Shown one piece after another: positions 9,004-17,946 of a stretch of 64,000 bases of DNA. Position 1 is the stretch's first letter. Each line of letters starts with the position of its first letter. This DNA is from an uncultured delta proteobacterium. GTDB lineage: Bacteria > Desulfobacterota > Binatia > Binatales > Binataceae. The notes under the pieces are model-generated. The model did no database searches. It saw only the letters and a program-made list of their open reading frames with translations, and was not told the DNA's origin. The translations under genes and the position numbers were made by a program. The stretch is taken from assembly GCA_963814715.1 (NCBI GenBank), contig CAWFDW010000005.1, positions 608,864 to 672,863 of the forward strand. Direction: 5' to 3'.

Positions 9004-9618
9004 CTATGCGGCCGGCGCACTGGTCGCGGGTATCTGAAAACCGGACCGCGCGAGGTATCTGGCGGGGAACCGGCCGTTGAAAACGAATCCCAATCCCAGC
9101 AATGCCATCGGCAACGCAAAACTTAAGATCGGCTTCGCTATGTTGCCGCCAACGATCACACCTATCACCGCGAAGCCTATATTCACCGTCATCAGTCCGC
9201 ACCAGACCAGCGTCATAAGTAGATTGAGGCGGATGAAGACCGGATGCTCCCAGAATTCAGGCGGCGCATTTTCGCGGGCATAAGCTGCCGTGAATGGACG
9301 CCCGATTACGACCGATCCCCACACCGCAAGCGCGAAGCACGTCCACACCACCACCGCGCTATAAACCGGGAATGTAGTCGATCGCAGGCCTATCATCATC
9401 ACTGACGCCATCACGAAGAAGGTCAGCGTCGTCCAGTCCGTCAGCTTAATCGAGATACCCTGCCGGACCAGCACCCCGAGATACACCATGCACAGAATCA
9501 ACCCGCAGCCAGTCGCCACGCTCCAATGATTCAAACCGGACGCAACCCCGAAGACGATCCATGGCAGGAACGCCATCACGCCAATGATACGACTCGAAGA
9601 TTTTTTCTGTTCCGCCAC
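9004..9618 (-). CDS. Integral membrane protein, unknown function
   Basis: 204-aa ORF with about 6 hydrophobic segments (…IIGVMAFLPWIVFGVASGL…, …GLMTVNIGFAVIGVIVGG…). No family recognised. Confidence 0.55.
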   Translation of the reverse strand: MAEQKKSSSRIIGVMAFLPWIVFGVASGLNHWSVATGCGLILCMVYLGVLVRQGISIKLTDWTTLTFFVMASVMMIGLRSTTFPVYSAVVVWTCFALAVWGSVVIGRPFTAAYARENAPPEFWEHPVFIRLNLLMTLVWCGLMTVNIGFAVIGVIVGGNIAKPILSFALPMALLGLGFVFNGRFPARYLARSGFQIPATSAPAA

Positions 9619-9717
9619 GCGCCGCCACTCCCCGCTCGATAATACCGGAGCGGCAGCCTCTTACGCGACGCTGATTCGCATCGGTCAGTGCTGCCGCTCC
9701 GCAGGCGAAACAGTTGC

Positions 9718-10089
9718 TTAGTTGTTGGTGGTGCTGCTGCCCGAGGAATGCTCACTCGAGTTGCCGCTCGGCGAACTGTCGCTCGACGACGACGAGTGTT
9801 GCTCGCTGGTCGTGGTCGCAGGCTCCGCGACTACTACTGCAGGTGGCGCCTCGACTACTGTCGCAGGCTCGGCGACCACTACCGCAGGTGGCGCCTCGAC
9901 TATCATCGGCGCCGGCGCCGCGACGACAACCGGGGCCGGGACAACGACGACCGGCGCCGGGGCCGAAGTTGTGGTCTCGCTCGTCGTGTTCGAGGTGGTG
10001 GTGTCAGTTTGCGCGAGTCCGACTGCGACGCTGCCGAACAGCACCGCGACGCCGAAAGCCAAAGCTGCAGTTTTCGATGAGTGTTTCAT
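9718..10089 (-). CDS. Secreted low-complexity (Thr/Ser/Pro/Val/Ala) repeat protein
   Basis: ATG at 10089 with GGAG 8 nt upstream. MKHSSKTAALAFGVAVLFGSVAVGLAQTD... is a signal peptide. It is followed by T/S-rich and PAPVVVV tracts and two identical 15-aa units. Confidence 0.6.
   Translation of the reverse strand: MKHSSKTAALAFGVAVLFGSVAVGLAQTDTTTSNTTSETTTSAPAPVVVVPAPVVVAAPAPMIVEAPPAVVVAEPATVVEAPPAVVVAEPATTTSEQHSSSSSDSSPSGNSSEHSSGSSTTNN
9818..9907. repeat. 2 x 45-bp tandem repeat inside the low-complexity gene
   Basis: gcaggctccgcgactactactgcaggtggcgcctcgactactgtc / gcaggctcggcgaccactaccgcaggtggcgcctcgactatcatc. On the coding strand this encodes the ...EAPPAVVVAEPAT... duplication. Confidence 0.85.
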
Positions 10090-10274
10090 AATTGATCTCC
10101 ATTGTTTCTCGTGATGACTGGTTCGATTCAGCGTAAGGTCGCGTTGATCCAAAGGACAAGGATGCGCCCGTCGCCGAATGCACTTTGAGTGCTACGGAGC
10201 ACGCGCAATGACGGTATTTGCTGCACGAGAGACACTTGCATGCCGGGTCGTTTAGGCAATAAATCCCTTCTGAC

Positions 10275-12307
10275 GTGAGACCCCTTCGCATCATCCTCTG
10301 GATCGCCGTCGCAATCCTCGGCGCGTCCGCGCTCGGCGTGCTCGCCCTTTCGCGTGGCGAGGAACCGAGCGTGCTATGGTTCGTCGTCGCCGCGGTCTGC
10401 GTTTATTCTCTCGGCTACCGTTTCTACTCGCGCTTCATCGCAGACCGCGTGCTCGAGCTCGACGACGCTCACGTCACGCCCGCAATCCGCCTCAACAACG
10501 GCCGCGACTACGTGCCCACGCAAAAGTGGATCACCTTCGGCCATCACTTCGCCGCGATCGCCGGCCCCGGTCCGCTCGTCGGCCCGGTCCTCGCCGCGCA
10601 ATTCGGCTACCTGCCCTCGACGCTGTGGATCATCATCGGCGCCGTGGTCGGCGGATGCGTCCAGGATTTCGTGATCCTCGGCTACTCGCTCAAGCGCGAC
10701 GGCCGCTCGCTCGGCCGGATGGCGTCGGACGAAATCGGCCCCGTCGCCGGCTTCACCGCGCTGGTCGGCGTGCTGATGATCATGGTGATCCTGATCGCCG
10801 TGCTCGGCCTGGTCGTCGTCAACGCGATGAAGCATAGCGCGTGGGCGACCTCGACCGTCGCCGCGACCGTTCCGATCGCGATGCTCGTCGGCATCTACAT
10901 GACGCATCTGCGCCCCGGCCGCCTGGTCGAGGGCTCGGCGCTCGGCGTCGGTCTCGTGATGCTCGCGGTCTTCGGCGGACGCTACGTCGAAGGCTGGAGC
11001 ATCGGGCACTACTTCGTGATGGAGGCGCCGCAACTTTCCATCTGGATCATCGGCTACGGATTTCTCGCGTCGGTCCTGCCGATCTGGCTCCTGCTCGCGC
11101 CGCGCGACTACCTCTCCGCGTTCATCAAGATTGGAACGATCATCGCGCTCGCACTCGGCATCGTCGTGATGCATCCGCCCGCCCTGATGCCGCCGCTCAC
11201 ACAATTCACCAACGGCCTCGGCCCGGTCTTCGGCGGCAAAGTCTTTCCGTTCGCCTTCATCACAGTGGCTTGTGGAGCCATCTCGGGCTTCCATTCGCTG
11301 ATCGCGTCGGGCACGACGCCCAAGATGCTCGAGCACGAGCGCGACGCGCGCTTGATCGGCTACGGCGCGATGCTGATGGAATCGTTCGTCGCCGTGATGG
11401 CGATGATCGCGGCCGTGATGCTCCAGCCGGGCGTGTATTTCGCGATCAACAGCCCCGCCGGCATCGTCGGCACCGGTCCCGCCGCGGCGGAAAAAATCAG
11501 CTCGTGGGGCTACGCCGTCACCGACGCGCACATGCAGGAACTCGCGGCCGACGTCGGCGAGACTTCCTTATATGCGCGCACCGGCGGCGCGCCGTCGCTT
11601 GCGGTCGGGATGGCGCACATCTTCGCCAGCTCGCTCGGCGGCAAAGCCGTGATGGCACTGTGGTATCACTTCGCGATCATGTTCGAAGCGCTGTTCATCC
11701 TGAGCACCCTCGACGCCGGCACCCGCGTCGCGCGCTTCATGCTGCAGGACCTTGCCGGTCATCTCTACGCGCCGCTCGGCGACAGCGCGTCGTACGTGAA
11801 TATCGTCGCGACCTCGGCGCTGATCGTTTCCGCGTGGGGCTACTTCCTTTACTTCGGCACGATCGATCCGTTCGGCGGCATCAATTCGCTATGGCCGCTG
11901 TTCGGAATCGCCAACCAGATGCTCGCGACGATCGCGCTATGCGTCGCGACCAGTGCGATGATCCGAAGCGGCAAGGCGCGCTACGCGTTCGTCACGCTGA
12001 TTCCGCTGGTGTGGCTGGTGGCAGTCACGATGACGGCGGGCATCGAGAAGATTTTCTCCGCGATGCCCAACGTCGGCTTCCTCGCGCACGCTGCCACGCT
12101 CGCATCCGAGGCGCTGCGGCCGGCGTCAGCAACGCGCGCGTCGCTGAAATAAGCAGACTCATCTGGAACGATCGGATCGACGCCGCACTGACCGCATTCT
12201 TCATCGCAGTGGTAATAATCGTCCTCGCAGATTCCGCCCGCGTCTGGACCAAGCTGACTCTTGGCTCGGGCAGCGGCGCACGCAACGCACATCAGGCAGC
12301 CGCATGA
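10275..12307 (+). CDS. cstA: Carbon starvation protein A (peptide/pyruvate transporter CstA); frameshift near 12133
   Basis: ...[16 protein letters not shown]...[47 protein letters not shown]... The C-terminus continues in another frame: ...[32 protein letters not shown]..., the usual CstA tail. Confidence 0.9.
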
Positions 12308-12367
12308 CGCCATCACGATCACAAATCTCGCGAAGAGTTCAACGCGCAGCATCAGCGCTCGCAGACG

Positions 12368-12520
12368 TTGCCGTCGCGATTGCGATCGAACTACAACGGC
12401 TCAACCACGCACGGATCGATTCAGCCACGCTCGCAACGCTGCACGCGCCGCGCGATCGTCGGCGACGCAGTGAAGGCGGCGCTCGCGGAGCATCATTCCA
12501 ACAACCCGCGCTGCTGCTGA
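12368..12520 (+). CDS. Possible YbdD/YjiX-like (DUF466) small protein downstream of cstA; boundaries and frame uncertain
   Basis: The frame ends ...AIVGDAVKAALAEHHSNNPRCC*. A C-terminal RCC immediately 3' of cstA is the hallmark of DUF466. The upstream part does not align convincingly in any single frame. Confidence 0.3.
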   Translation: MPSRLRSNYNGSTTHGSIQPRSQRCTRRAIVGDAVKAALAEHHSNNPRCC

Positions 12521-12551
12521 TGCTCCTTCAATGACCGGTTCCTTCGCGCAT

Positions 12552-12594
12552 CCGGTTCCCCTTCCCACTATGGGAAGGGGCTAGGGGTTAGGTT
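12552..12594 (+). repeat. Second copy of the hairpin + TTAGGGGTTAGG repeat
   Basis: ccggttccccttcccactatgggaaggggctaggggttaggtt; compare 1963..2004. Confidence 0.8.
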
Positions 12595-12607
12595 CCGTCA
12601 GATTTCC

Positions 12608-12665
12608 CTAGGTACTCTTTCCCCGCTATCTAGGTACTTTTCCCCATCAATCTAGGCACTTTTCC
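12608..12665 (+). promoter_or_regulatory. Three direct repeats CTAGG(T/C)ACT(C/T)TTTCC phased at 22 bp, upstream of a histidine-kinase gene
   Basis: ctaggtactctttcccc (12608), ctaggtacttttcccc (12630), ctaggcacttttcc (12652). Confidence 0.5.
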
Positions 12666-12771
12666 GATTCACCTCCCCGCTCTTTTACTGCAACGTGGGA
12701 TAGCAATTGGCGCGCATAGCTCGCACGAAAAATTTACTGCGCAGCGAAGCCAGCCATGCGGAAAGACGCAC

Positions 12772-13563
12772 TTGTCGAATCTTTCAAATAACGGTCATGC
12801 ACCCACCACCTCAGCGGCGACAGCGGACCCCGGTCGCGGACTTCACGCAACCCAATGGGAGCAGGGACTGCACATGGAAGCGCTCGCCAACCTCGCGCAC
12901 GAACTTCGCTCTCCCGTGCAGGCGCTCCTCGGCTACCTCGACATCCTGCGCGACGAGCTGAGCGAAGCCGTGGACCCTCGCCATATGCAAATCATCGAGC
13001 GCATGAACGCCAACGCGCACGATCTGGCGCAGACCGTCGAAAATGTTATGGACTTTTCAGTCGCCGATGCGATGGCGGAGGCGTCTGACGAGGAAGAAAT
13101 CCGTCTGCACGATCTGATGGGAGACCTCGCGCCGGCGCTCGAAGCTGCCAACGACATGAAAGGCCTCGAAATCAGATTCGATCTCGAAGCTGCGCCCGCG
13201 GTCTTTCGCTCGCGGCGCCGGCCGATCAGGTCGATCCTGCTCAATCTCGCCGTCAACGCAATCAAGTTTACCGACCGCGGCAGCGTCACGATCGCGATTC
13301 GCCGCGCGAGTTCATCCCAACTCGGCACCGCCATTGAACTTGAAGTTCGTGACACCGGCCCCGGCATCGAGGCCGAACTGGTCGAACAAGCATTCGAGAC
13401 CTGCGCCCAACTTGTCACACTCGAGTATCCGCAGTCACCGCGGAATGGGCCTCGGCCTCGCGGTTGTTCAGCGCAACGTAAAAGCCCTCGGCGCAAGAAT
13501 CTTCGTCAAGACCGCGCCTCAGCAGGGCTCGCATTCGTCGTCACGATTCCGATCCGCGCCTAA
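12772..13563 (+). CDS. Soluble histidine kinase (HisKA + HATPase_c), no obvious sensor domain; two frameshifts (about 13410 and 13520)
   Basis: H-box ...LAHELRSPVQALLGYLDIL...; N-box ...LLNLAVNAIKFTD...; G1 ...EVRDTGPGIE...; G2 found in a shifted frame ...HRGMGLGLAVVQRNVKALGARIFVKTAPQQGS..., then back to ...FVVTIPIRA*. Confidence 0.8.
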   Translation: MSNLSNNGHAPTTSAATADPGRGLHATQWEQGLHMEALANLAHELRSPVQALLGYLDILRDELSEAVDPRHMQIIERMNANAHDLAQTVENVMDFSVADAMAEASDEEEIRLHDLMGDLAPALEAANDMKGLEIRFDLEAAPAVFRSRRRPIRSILLNLAVNAIKFTDRGSVTIAIRRASSSQLGTAIELEVRDTGPGIEAELVEQAFETCAQLVTLEYPQSPRNGPRPRGCSAQRKSPRRKNLRQDRASAGLAFVVTIPIRA

Positions 13564-13938
13564 GGAGCTTGGGCGATATAGTGTGGACGCCGGCCCGAAG
13601 TTTGATCCAACAGGCAAATTGTCGTTCCGAACGGATCCTGAATGACCGCGCATTTTCCGATCAGCACGTCGAACGGCGGCACCACCACGCGGCACCCTTT
13701 CTCCGCATAGCCCTTCACCGCCGCCACCACATCATCGACCAGGTAATGCACCTCGACCCTGTGCGGTATCTCAGAGTTGTCGTGAAGAACAATTTCGGCG
13801 TCGGTTTCCGGTATGCCGCATCCCGACACTGCGAGCCTCACGCCAAAGCGTCTTGAGCCCGAAAACTTCCGAGTAGAATTTCTCACCCGCCGCGAGGTCG
13901 TCCACCCGAATCATCACGCAATCTATCTTCTTAAACAC
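13560..13938 (-). CDS. VOC (glyoxalase/bleomycin resistance/dioxygenase) family protein; frameshift near 13845
   Basis: GTG at 13938 with GGAGGG upstream: VFKKIDCVMIRVDDLAAGEKFYSEVFGLKTLW... After a shift: ...GIPETDAEIVLHDNSEIPHRVEVHYLVDDVVAAVKGYAEKGCRVVVPPFDVLIGKCAVIQDPFGTTICLLDQ. Confidence 0.7.
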
Positions 13939-14012
13939 AGCGATCCCTCCAGGCTTGGCTGTGCAAACCCTTTCTAACAGGGACGAAGTCCCGCATCTTT
14001 TCTTAATACTAA

Positions 14013-14065
14013 GGTGCAGGGCTTAGCCCTGCCGAAGGAAGCGTGAAACCCACCGCGGGTTTCAC
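14013..14065. repeat. Double-hairpin REP-like element / probable terminator 3' of lexA
   Basis: gcagggc-tta-gccctgc and gtgaaaccc-accgc-gggtttcac (9-bp stem). Contains the AGCCCTGCCGAAGG motif shared with 8317..8377. Confidence 0.55.
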
Positions 14066-14084
14066 ATTAAATCAAGTTCCGCGC

Positions 14085-14693
14085 TTAGCGGTAGTGACGC
14101 ATCAAGCCCACGACCACGCCGCGAATCGCCAGATCGCTCTCTGTCACCATGATCGGTTGCATCGCCGCGTTCGCCGGCTGCAGCCGAACCTGCCCGCCCG
14201 ATTCGCGATAGAATTTCTTGACTGTCGCCTCGTTGCCGATCAGCGCAACCACCGTCTCGCCGTTGTCGGCGCTGTCGCGGCCTTCGACGATTATGTAGTC
14301 GCCGTCGCGGATGCCGTCTTCGATCATCGAGTCGCCTTTCACCCGCAGGCAGAATGTATTGTCGCGCCGGATGAAGTCGTCGGGCACGCTGATCGTCTCG
14401 TTATTCTCGATCGCCTCGATCGGCGCGCCCGCGGCAACCGTGCCCAGCAATCGGATCGTCCTCGGCGCTTCACGCTTCTCCGACCCGACGACTTCGAGTG
14501 CGCGGCTATGATTGTGTTGCCGCTTGATGAACCCCTTCTGCTCGAGGTTGTGCAGATGCTTATGCACGGTGGCGAGCGACGACAGCCCGAAGTATTGGCC
14601 GACTTCGGCGAGCGTGGGCGCGTAGCCGTGTTCGCTGATATAGTCGTTCAGGTAATCGATTAGCTGCTTCTGCCGCTTGGTCAGCGTCGCCAT
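14085..14693 (-). CDS. lexA: LexA repressor (S24 autopeptidase)
   Basis: MATLTKRQKQLIDYLNDYISEHGYAPTLAEVGQYFGLSSLATVHKHLHNLEQKGFI...RLLGTVAAGAPIEA...LRVKGDSMIEDGIRDGDYIIV...VVALIGNEATVKKF. Shows the wHTH, the Ala-Gly cleavage site and the Ser/Lys dyad. Confidence 0.95.
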   Translation of the reverse strand: MATLTKRQKQLIDYLNDYISEHGYAPTLAEVGQYFGLSSLATVHKHLHNLEQKGFIKRQHNHSRALEVVGSEKREAPRTIRLLGTVAAGAPIEAIENNETISVPDDFIRRDNTFCLRVKGDSMIEDGIRDGDYIIVEGRDSADNGETVVALIGNEATVKKFYRESGGQVRLQPANAAMQPIMVTESDLAIRGVVVGLMRHYR

Positions 14694-14833
14694 TGGGATT
14701 CTCCCCTCGCTGGTCTTCGACTGTTCCCGATGATGGCGAAAATCAGGCGAAGATGCAAGCGCGTACGCTTCGAGTCCACGTGACGGTTTCGCGGCGCGGC
14801 GCAGCGCATAATCTCAATTACGACCTGACTCCG

Positions 14834-15208
14834 ATGGCGAAACTGCGAATCCAATTCGAAAACGGCGACCCCGAAAAGGTTATCGAGTTCGACCCCGCCA
14901 AGGCGCCGTTTCATCATGACGGCGAGCCCGGCTCGATTCTCGACGTGATGCTCGGCCACGGCATCCATCTCGAGCACGCGTGCGGCGGCAATTGCGCGTG
15001 CACGACCTGCCACGTGATCGTCAAGCAGGGTTTCAACAAGCTCGGCGAGTCCAGCGAGCAGGAAGATGACCTGCTCGACAAGGCGCCGGGGCTGACTCCG
15101 ACGTCGCGGCTCGGATGCCAGGCCGTCATCACTGACCCCAACGCGGAAATCGTCATCGTCGTTCCGCGCTACACGATCAACCAGGTCAGCGAGTCGGCCG
15201 AGGAATGA
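14834..15208 (+). CDS. [2Fe-2S] ferredoxin (adrenodoxin/Fdx type)
   Basis: MAKLRIQFENGD...GIHLEHACGGNCACTTCHVIV...RLGCQAVI. The Cys-x5-Cys-x2-Cys...Cys ligand pattern is present. Confidence 0.85.
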   Translation: MAKLRIQFENGDPEKVIEFDPAKAPFHHDGEPGSILDVMLGHGIHLEHACGGNCACTTCHVIVKQGFNKLGESSEQEDDLLDKAPGLTPTSRLGCQAVITDPNAEIVIVVPRYTINQVSESAEE

Positions 15209-15927
15209 CGGCCGACACACCGAGCAAGCGCTCGACGCTGAATGCGCGCGTCGAGAAGATTTTCGATCACGCATCCGACACGCGTTCGATTTTTCTCTCG
15301 CTCACCAGCGGCAAGCATCTGCGATTTGCCCCCGGCCAGTTCATCTCGATAACGATTCCGCTCGGCGACGAGACGCGATCGCGTCCCTACTCGATCGCGT
15401 CGGACCCTGAAGACCGCGGTCCGTTCGAGATTTGTTTCAATCGCGTCGAAGGCGGGCGCGGCGTCGAATGGCTCTTCGAGCGCCGCGTCGGCGACACCCT
15501 CGATTTCAGCGGTCCCTTCGGCAATTTCACGATCGACCGCGCACCCGATGCAGAACTGGGCTTTATCGCTGAAGGCACGGCGATCGCGCCGATTCGCCCG
15601 ATGCTGAAGCGGGCGCTCGCCTCGTCGCCGCAGCCGAAGATCCATCTGATTTATGCGGCGCCGGATCGCGATCACATCCTGTACGCCGCCGAACTCGATG
15701 CGCTCGTTCGCACCGCGCCGAATTTCTCGTACGAGCCGGTGATCGTGCCTGCCGATCAGATTTACGATCGCCTGTTCGAGATGGCGCAATCGCGATGGAT
15801 CACCGCCGACGCCGATCGCACGCGCCACTTCTACATTTGCGGCGTCGGCAAAGGCGTCATCCGATTGCGCGACCTGCTCCGCGGCGCCGGCTACGAACGC
15901 CGCGCCGTCCACTACGAGCAATGGTGA
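15205..15927 (+). CDS. Ferredoxin-NAD(P)+ reductase-like FAD/NAD(P)-binding oxidoreductase
   Basis: The start overlaps the ferredoxin stop (ATGA). ...GQFISITIPLGDETRSRPYSIASDP... (RxYS FAD motif), ...FIAEGTAIAPIRPML... (NAD(P) site), ...FYICG... Confidence 0.8.
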   Translation: MTADTPSKRSTLNARVEKIFDHASDTRSIFLSLTSGKHLRFAPGQFISITIPLGDETRSRPYSIASDPEDRGPFEICFNRVEGGRGVEWLFERRVGDTLDFSGPFGNFTIDRAPDAELGFIAEGTAIAPIRPMLKRALASSPQPKIHLIYAAPDRDHILYAAELDALVRTAPNFSYEPVIVPADQIYDRLFEMAQSRWITADADRTRHFYICGVGKGVIRLRDLLRGAGYERRAVHYEQW

Positions 15928-15939
15928 CGATGCTCGCCG

Positions 15940-16881
15940 CTACTTCGCGAACGCTTTCCTGAGCGCCTCGGCTGATTCGTCGATCGCGAGCTTGCCCTTG
16001 TCGAGCATCTCGTACATCGAAAAGAATCCGTGAATCATTCCCTCGTAGCGCGTGACGGTCACCGGCACGCCCGCCGCGCGTAGCTTCTCGCCGTAAGTCT
16101 CGCCTTCGTCGCGCAGCGGATCGAATTCCGCCGTGATAATCAGCGCGGGCGGCAATCCCTTGAAGCTCTTCGCCAGCGCAGGCGCGACGCGCGGATCTTT
16201 GCGGTCGGCAGGGCTGCGCAGGTAGTGGTTCCAGAAATAAGTTATGTCGTCCTTGGTTAGAAAGTAGTCGGTGAAGGTTTTGTGCGAGTAAGTATCAAGC
16301 TCAGCCTCGGTCGCCGGATAGATGAGTAGCTGGAACGCGATCTTCGGACCGCCCGCGTCGCGCGCAAGCTGCGAGATCACCGCCGACAGATTTCCGCCCG
16401 CACTGTCGCCGCCGACCGCCAGCCGGTTCGCATCGGCGTTCAGCTCTTTGGCGTGCGCGGCGACCCACTTGGTCGCGGCAAAGCAATCTTCGACGCCGGC
16501 GGGAAATTTGTTCTCAGGCGCGAGCCGGTAATCGACCGACACCGTCACGCATCCGGCCTTGTTGGTGAGCGCGCGGCACGGCCCGTCATGCGTATCGAGC
16601 CCGCAAATCACCCATCCGCCGCCGTGAAAAAACACCAGCACCGGAAACGGTCCCGCGCCCTCGGGAGTGTAGATGCGAATCGGTATCTCGCCGGCCGGAC
16701 CCGGAATCTTGCGATCCTCGACCTTGGCGACTTTTTCGGCGCGCTCCGGCGGCACTCTGAACATGCCCGCGGTAAGGCGGCGCGCGTCGGCCGGTGTGAG
16801 CGAACTCAGCTTGGGTCCAGGCGCGGCAGCAAGTTGATCCATCAATGCCTTTAGCTTGCGGGTCGAGCGGCATGGCGTCAC
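15940..16881 (-). CDS. Alpha/beta hydrolase, hormone-sensitive-lipase (Aes/esterase) family
   Basis: ...[14 protein letters not shown]... (HGGG oxyanion motif), ...[14 protein letters not shown]... (GDSAG nucleophile), ...DPLRDEG..., ...MIHGF... Confidence 0.85.
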   Translation of the reverse strand: MTPCRSTRKLKALMDQLAAAPGPKLSSLTPADARRLTAGMFRVPPERAEKVAKVEDRKIPGPAGEIPIRIYTPEGAGPFPVLVFFHGGGWVICGLDTHDGPCRALTNKAGCVTVSVDYRLAPENKFPAGVEDCFAATKWVAAHAKELNADANRLAVGGDSAGGNLSAVISQLARDAGGPKIAFQLLIYPATEAELDTYSHKTFTDYFLTKDDITYFWNHYLRSPADRKDPRVAPALAKSFKGLPPALIITAEFDPLRDEGETYGEKLRAAGVPVTVTRYEGMIHGFFSMYEMLDKGKLAIDESAEALRKAFAK

Positions 16882-16926
16882 CTCCGAACTGGAATCTTCG
16901 CGGAAATTCGTCGAGCTGTTCGATTC

Positions 16927-17811
16927 TTAGACCGAAACGGTCTCCGCCGACAAGCGCCTACTGCTACGGCGCGAACTTGGCGAGCAATACTGATCGCTCC
17001 GGGATGCCCATCGACTCTCACGCCGCGCGACAACCGTGCCCTCACGCTCGAGTCGGCGCGCCGCTCCTTCAACCAGCGCGGCGTCGATTCCGAGCAGCCG
17101 CGCTATTGTGCGCTCATTCCCAAACGCCGCAGTCTCAAAATATTTGTCGACGATCACGTACGCGGCCTGCTTGCGCGTGAGGCGGCGCGCCTCCGCAATC
17201 GCGTCGGGCCATCGATGCGCCATCGTGTCCCACACGTAGCTGAACGGGTCGGCGCGCTCGTCAACTTTGAGCGCGAGAAATTTTTCCTGCAGTTCCGCCA
17301 TCGCACGATCGAACACCGCCCGCCTCGACGGTTGCGCGTAGCCGCTCGACAGCTTCAACACGCGCGTCTCGGCCGCGCCGCGCTTCGACAGCGCGTCCAT
17401 CACCAGCTTGCCGCAATGCGACAATCCGCCGCGCAAGTACAGTTTCCGATAGCCGCCCGGCTCGATGCGCAGCCTCAAAAACGCGCCGAGCATCTCACGC
17501 GCGATAAAACTCGGGCGTCGCGCGATCACTTTGCCGTAATAAACCGCGCGCCGCTGCGGCAACGAATCTTTTATCCGCCAGGTCATCCCAATCGCGTAGT
17601 CGTGCTGGATATGCTCGGGCATCGAGGGTTCGCGCGTTCCCGCAATCGCCTCGCGCAGGCACGGCACACCCATCCCGGCCGTGAACCCGGTGCAGAACCC
17701 AACCTCGTCGATAAATTTGAGCGCGCTCTTCTCGCCAGTCACGCGCCGCGAAGCGACACGCCTGAAATGATAGTCACGATAACGCTCAAGCGCGTCGACA
17801 GTAACGCTCAT
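16927..17811 (-). CDS. Conserved hypothetical protein (294 aa); the C-terminus may be altered by a frameshift near 17010
   Basis: Long ORF with normal composition (MSVTVDALERYRDYHFRRV...YVWDTMAHRWPDAIAEARRL...). The last ~40 codons become Ser/Arg-rich, while an alternative frame ends ...GIPERSVLLAKFAP* at about 16964. Confidence 0.5.
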   Translation of the reverse strand: MSVTVDALERYRDYHFRRVASRRVTGEKSALKFIDEVGFCTGFTAGMGVPCLREAIAGTREPSMPEHIQHDYAIGMTWRIKDSLPQRRAVYYGKVIARRPSFIAREMLGAFLRLRIEPGGYRKLYLRGGLSHCGKLVMDALSKRGAAETRVLKLSSGYAQPSRRAVFDRAMAELQEKFLALKVDERADPFSYVWDTMAHRWPDAIAEARRLTRKQAAYVIVDKYFETAAFGNERTIARLLGIDAALVEGAARRLEREGTVVARRESRWASRSDQYCSPSSRRSSRRLSAETVSV

Positions 17812-17836
17812 GCGCGCCGATGGTAGCCGAAGAACC

Positions 17837-17925
17837 TAGAGCAAAGTAGCGTCCTCGCAACTTTGCGATTGACACTTTTTCACTGGGTGCAGGGGTCACC
17901 CCTGCCGCCCCGCGCGCAGCGGTTC
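17837..17925 (+). repeat. R1 dispersed repeat, copy B
   Basis: tagagcaaagtagcgtcctcgcaactttgc...cactgggtgcaggggtcacccctgccgccccgcgcgcagcggttcc. Confidence 0.85.
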
Positions 17926-17946
17926 CGCTCTCCTCCTCCGCTGCGC

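Noticed and set aside
9818-9907. Possible CRISPR-like or other non-coding tandem repeat
   Set aside because: There are only two units, directly adjacent with no spacers. They lie inside an ORF whose protein shows the matching 15-aa duplication, so this is a coding tandem repeat. No CRISPR array was found anywhere in the window.
10374-11531. 385-aa minus-strand ORF and 488-aa plus-strand ORF 10841..12307 over cstA
   Set aside because: The first is antisense to cstA. The second is an out-of-frame read of cstA. Only its last ~55 codons are real, namely the CstA C-terminus after a frameshift.
14694-14833. SOS (LexA) box in the lexA / ferredoxin divergent promoter region
   Set aside because: I looked for CTGT-N8-ACAG, GAAC-N4-GTTC, GTTC-N7-GTTC and TTAC-N3-GTAA types. 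Only half-sites (CTGTTCCC, GGGAACAG) and a weak TAAT-N4-ATTA were found. Without knowing the lineage-specific motif, no site can be supported.
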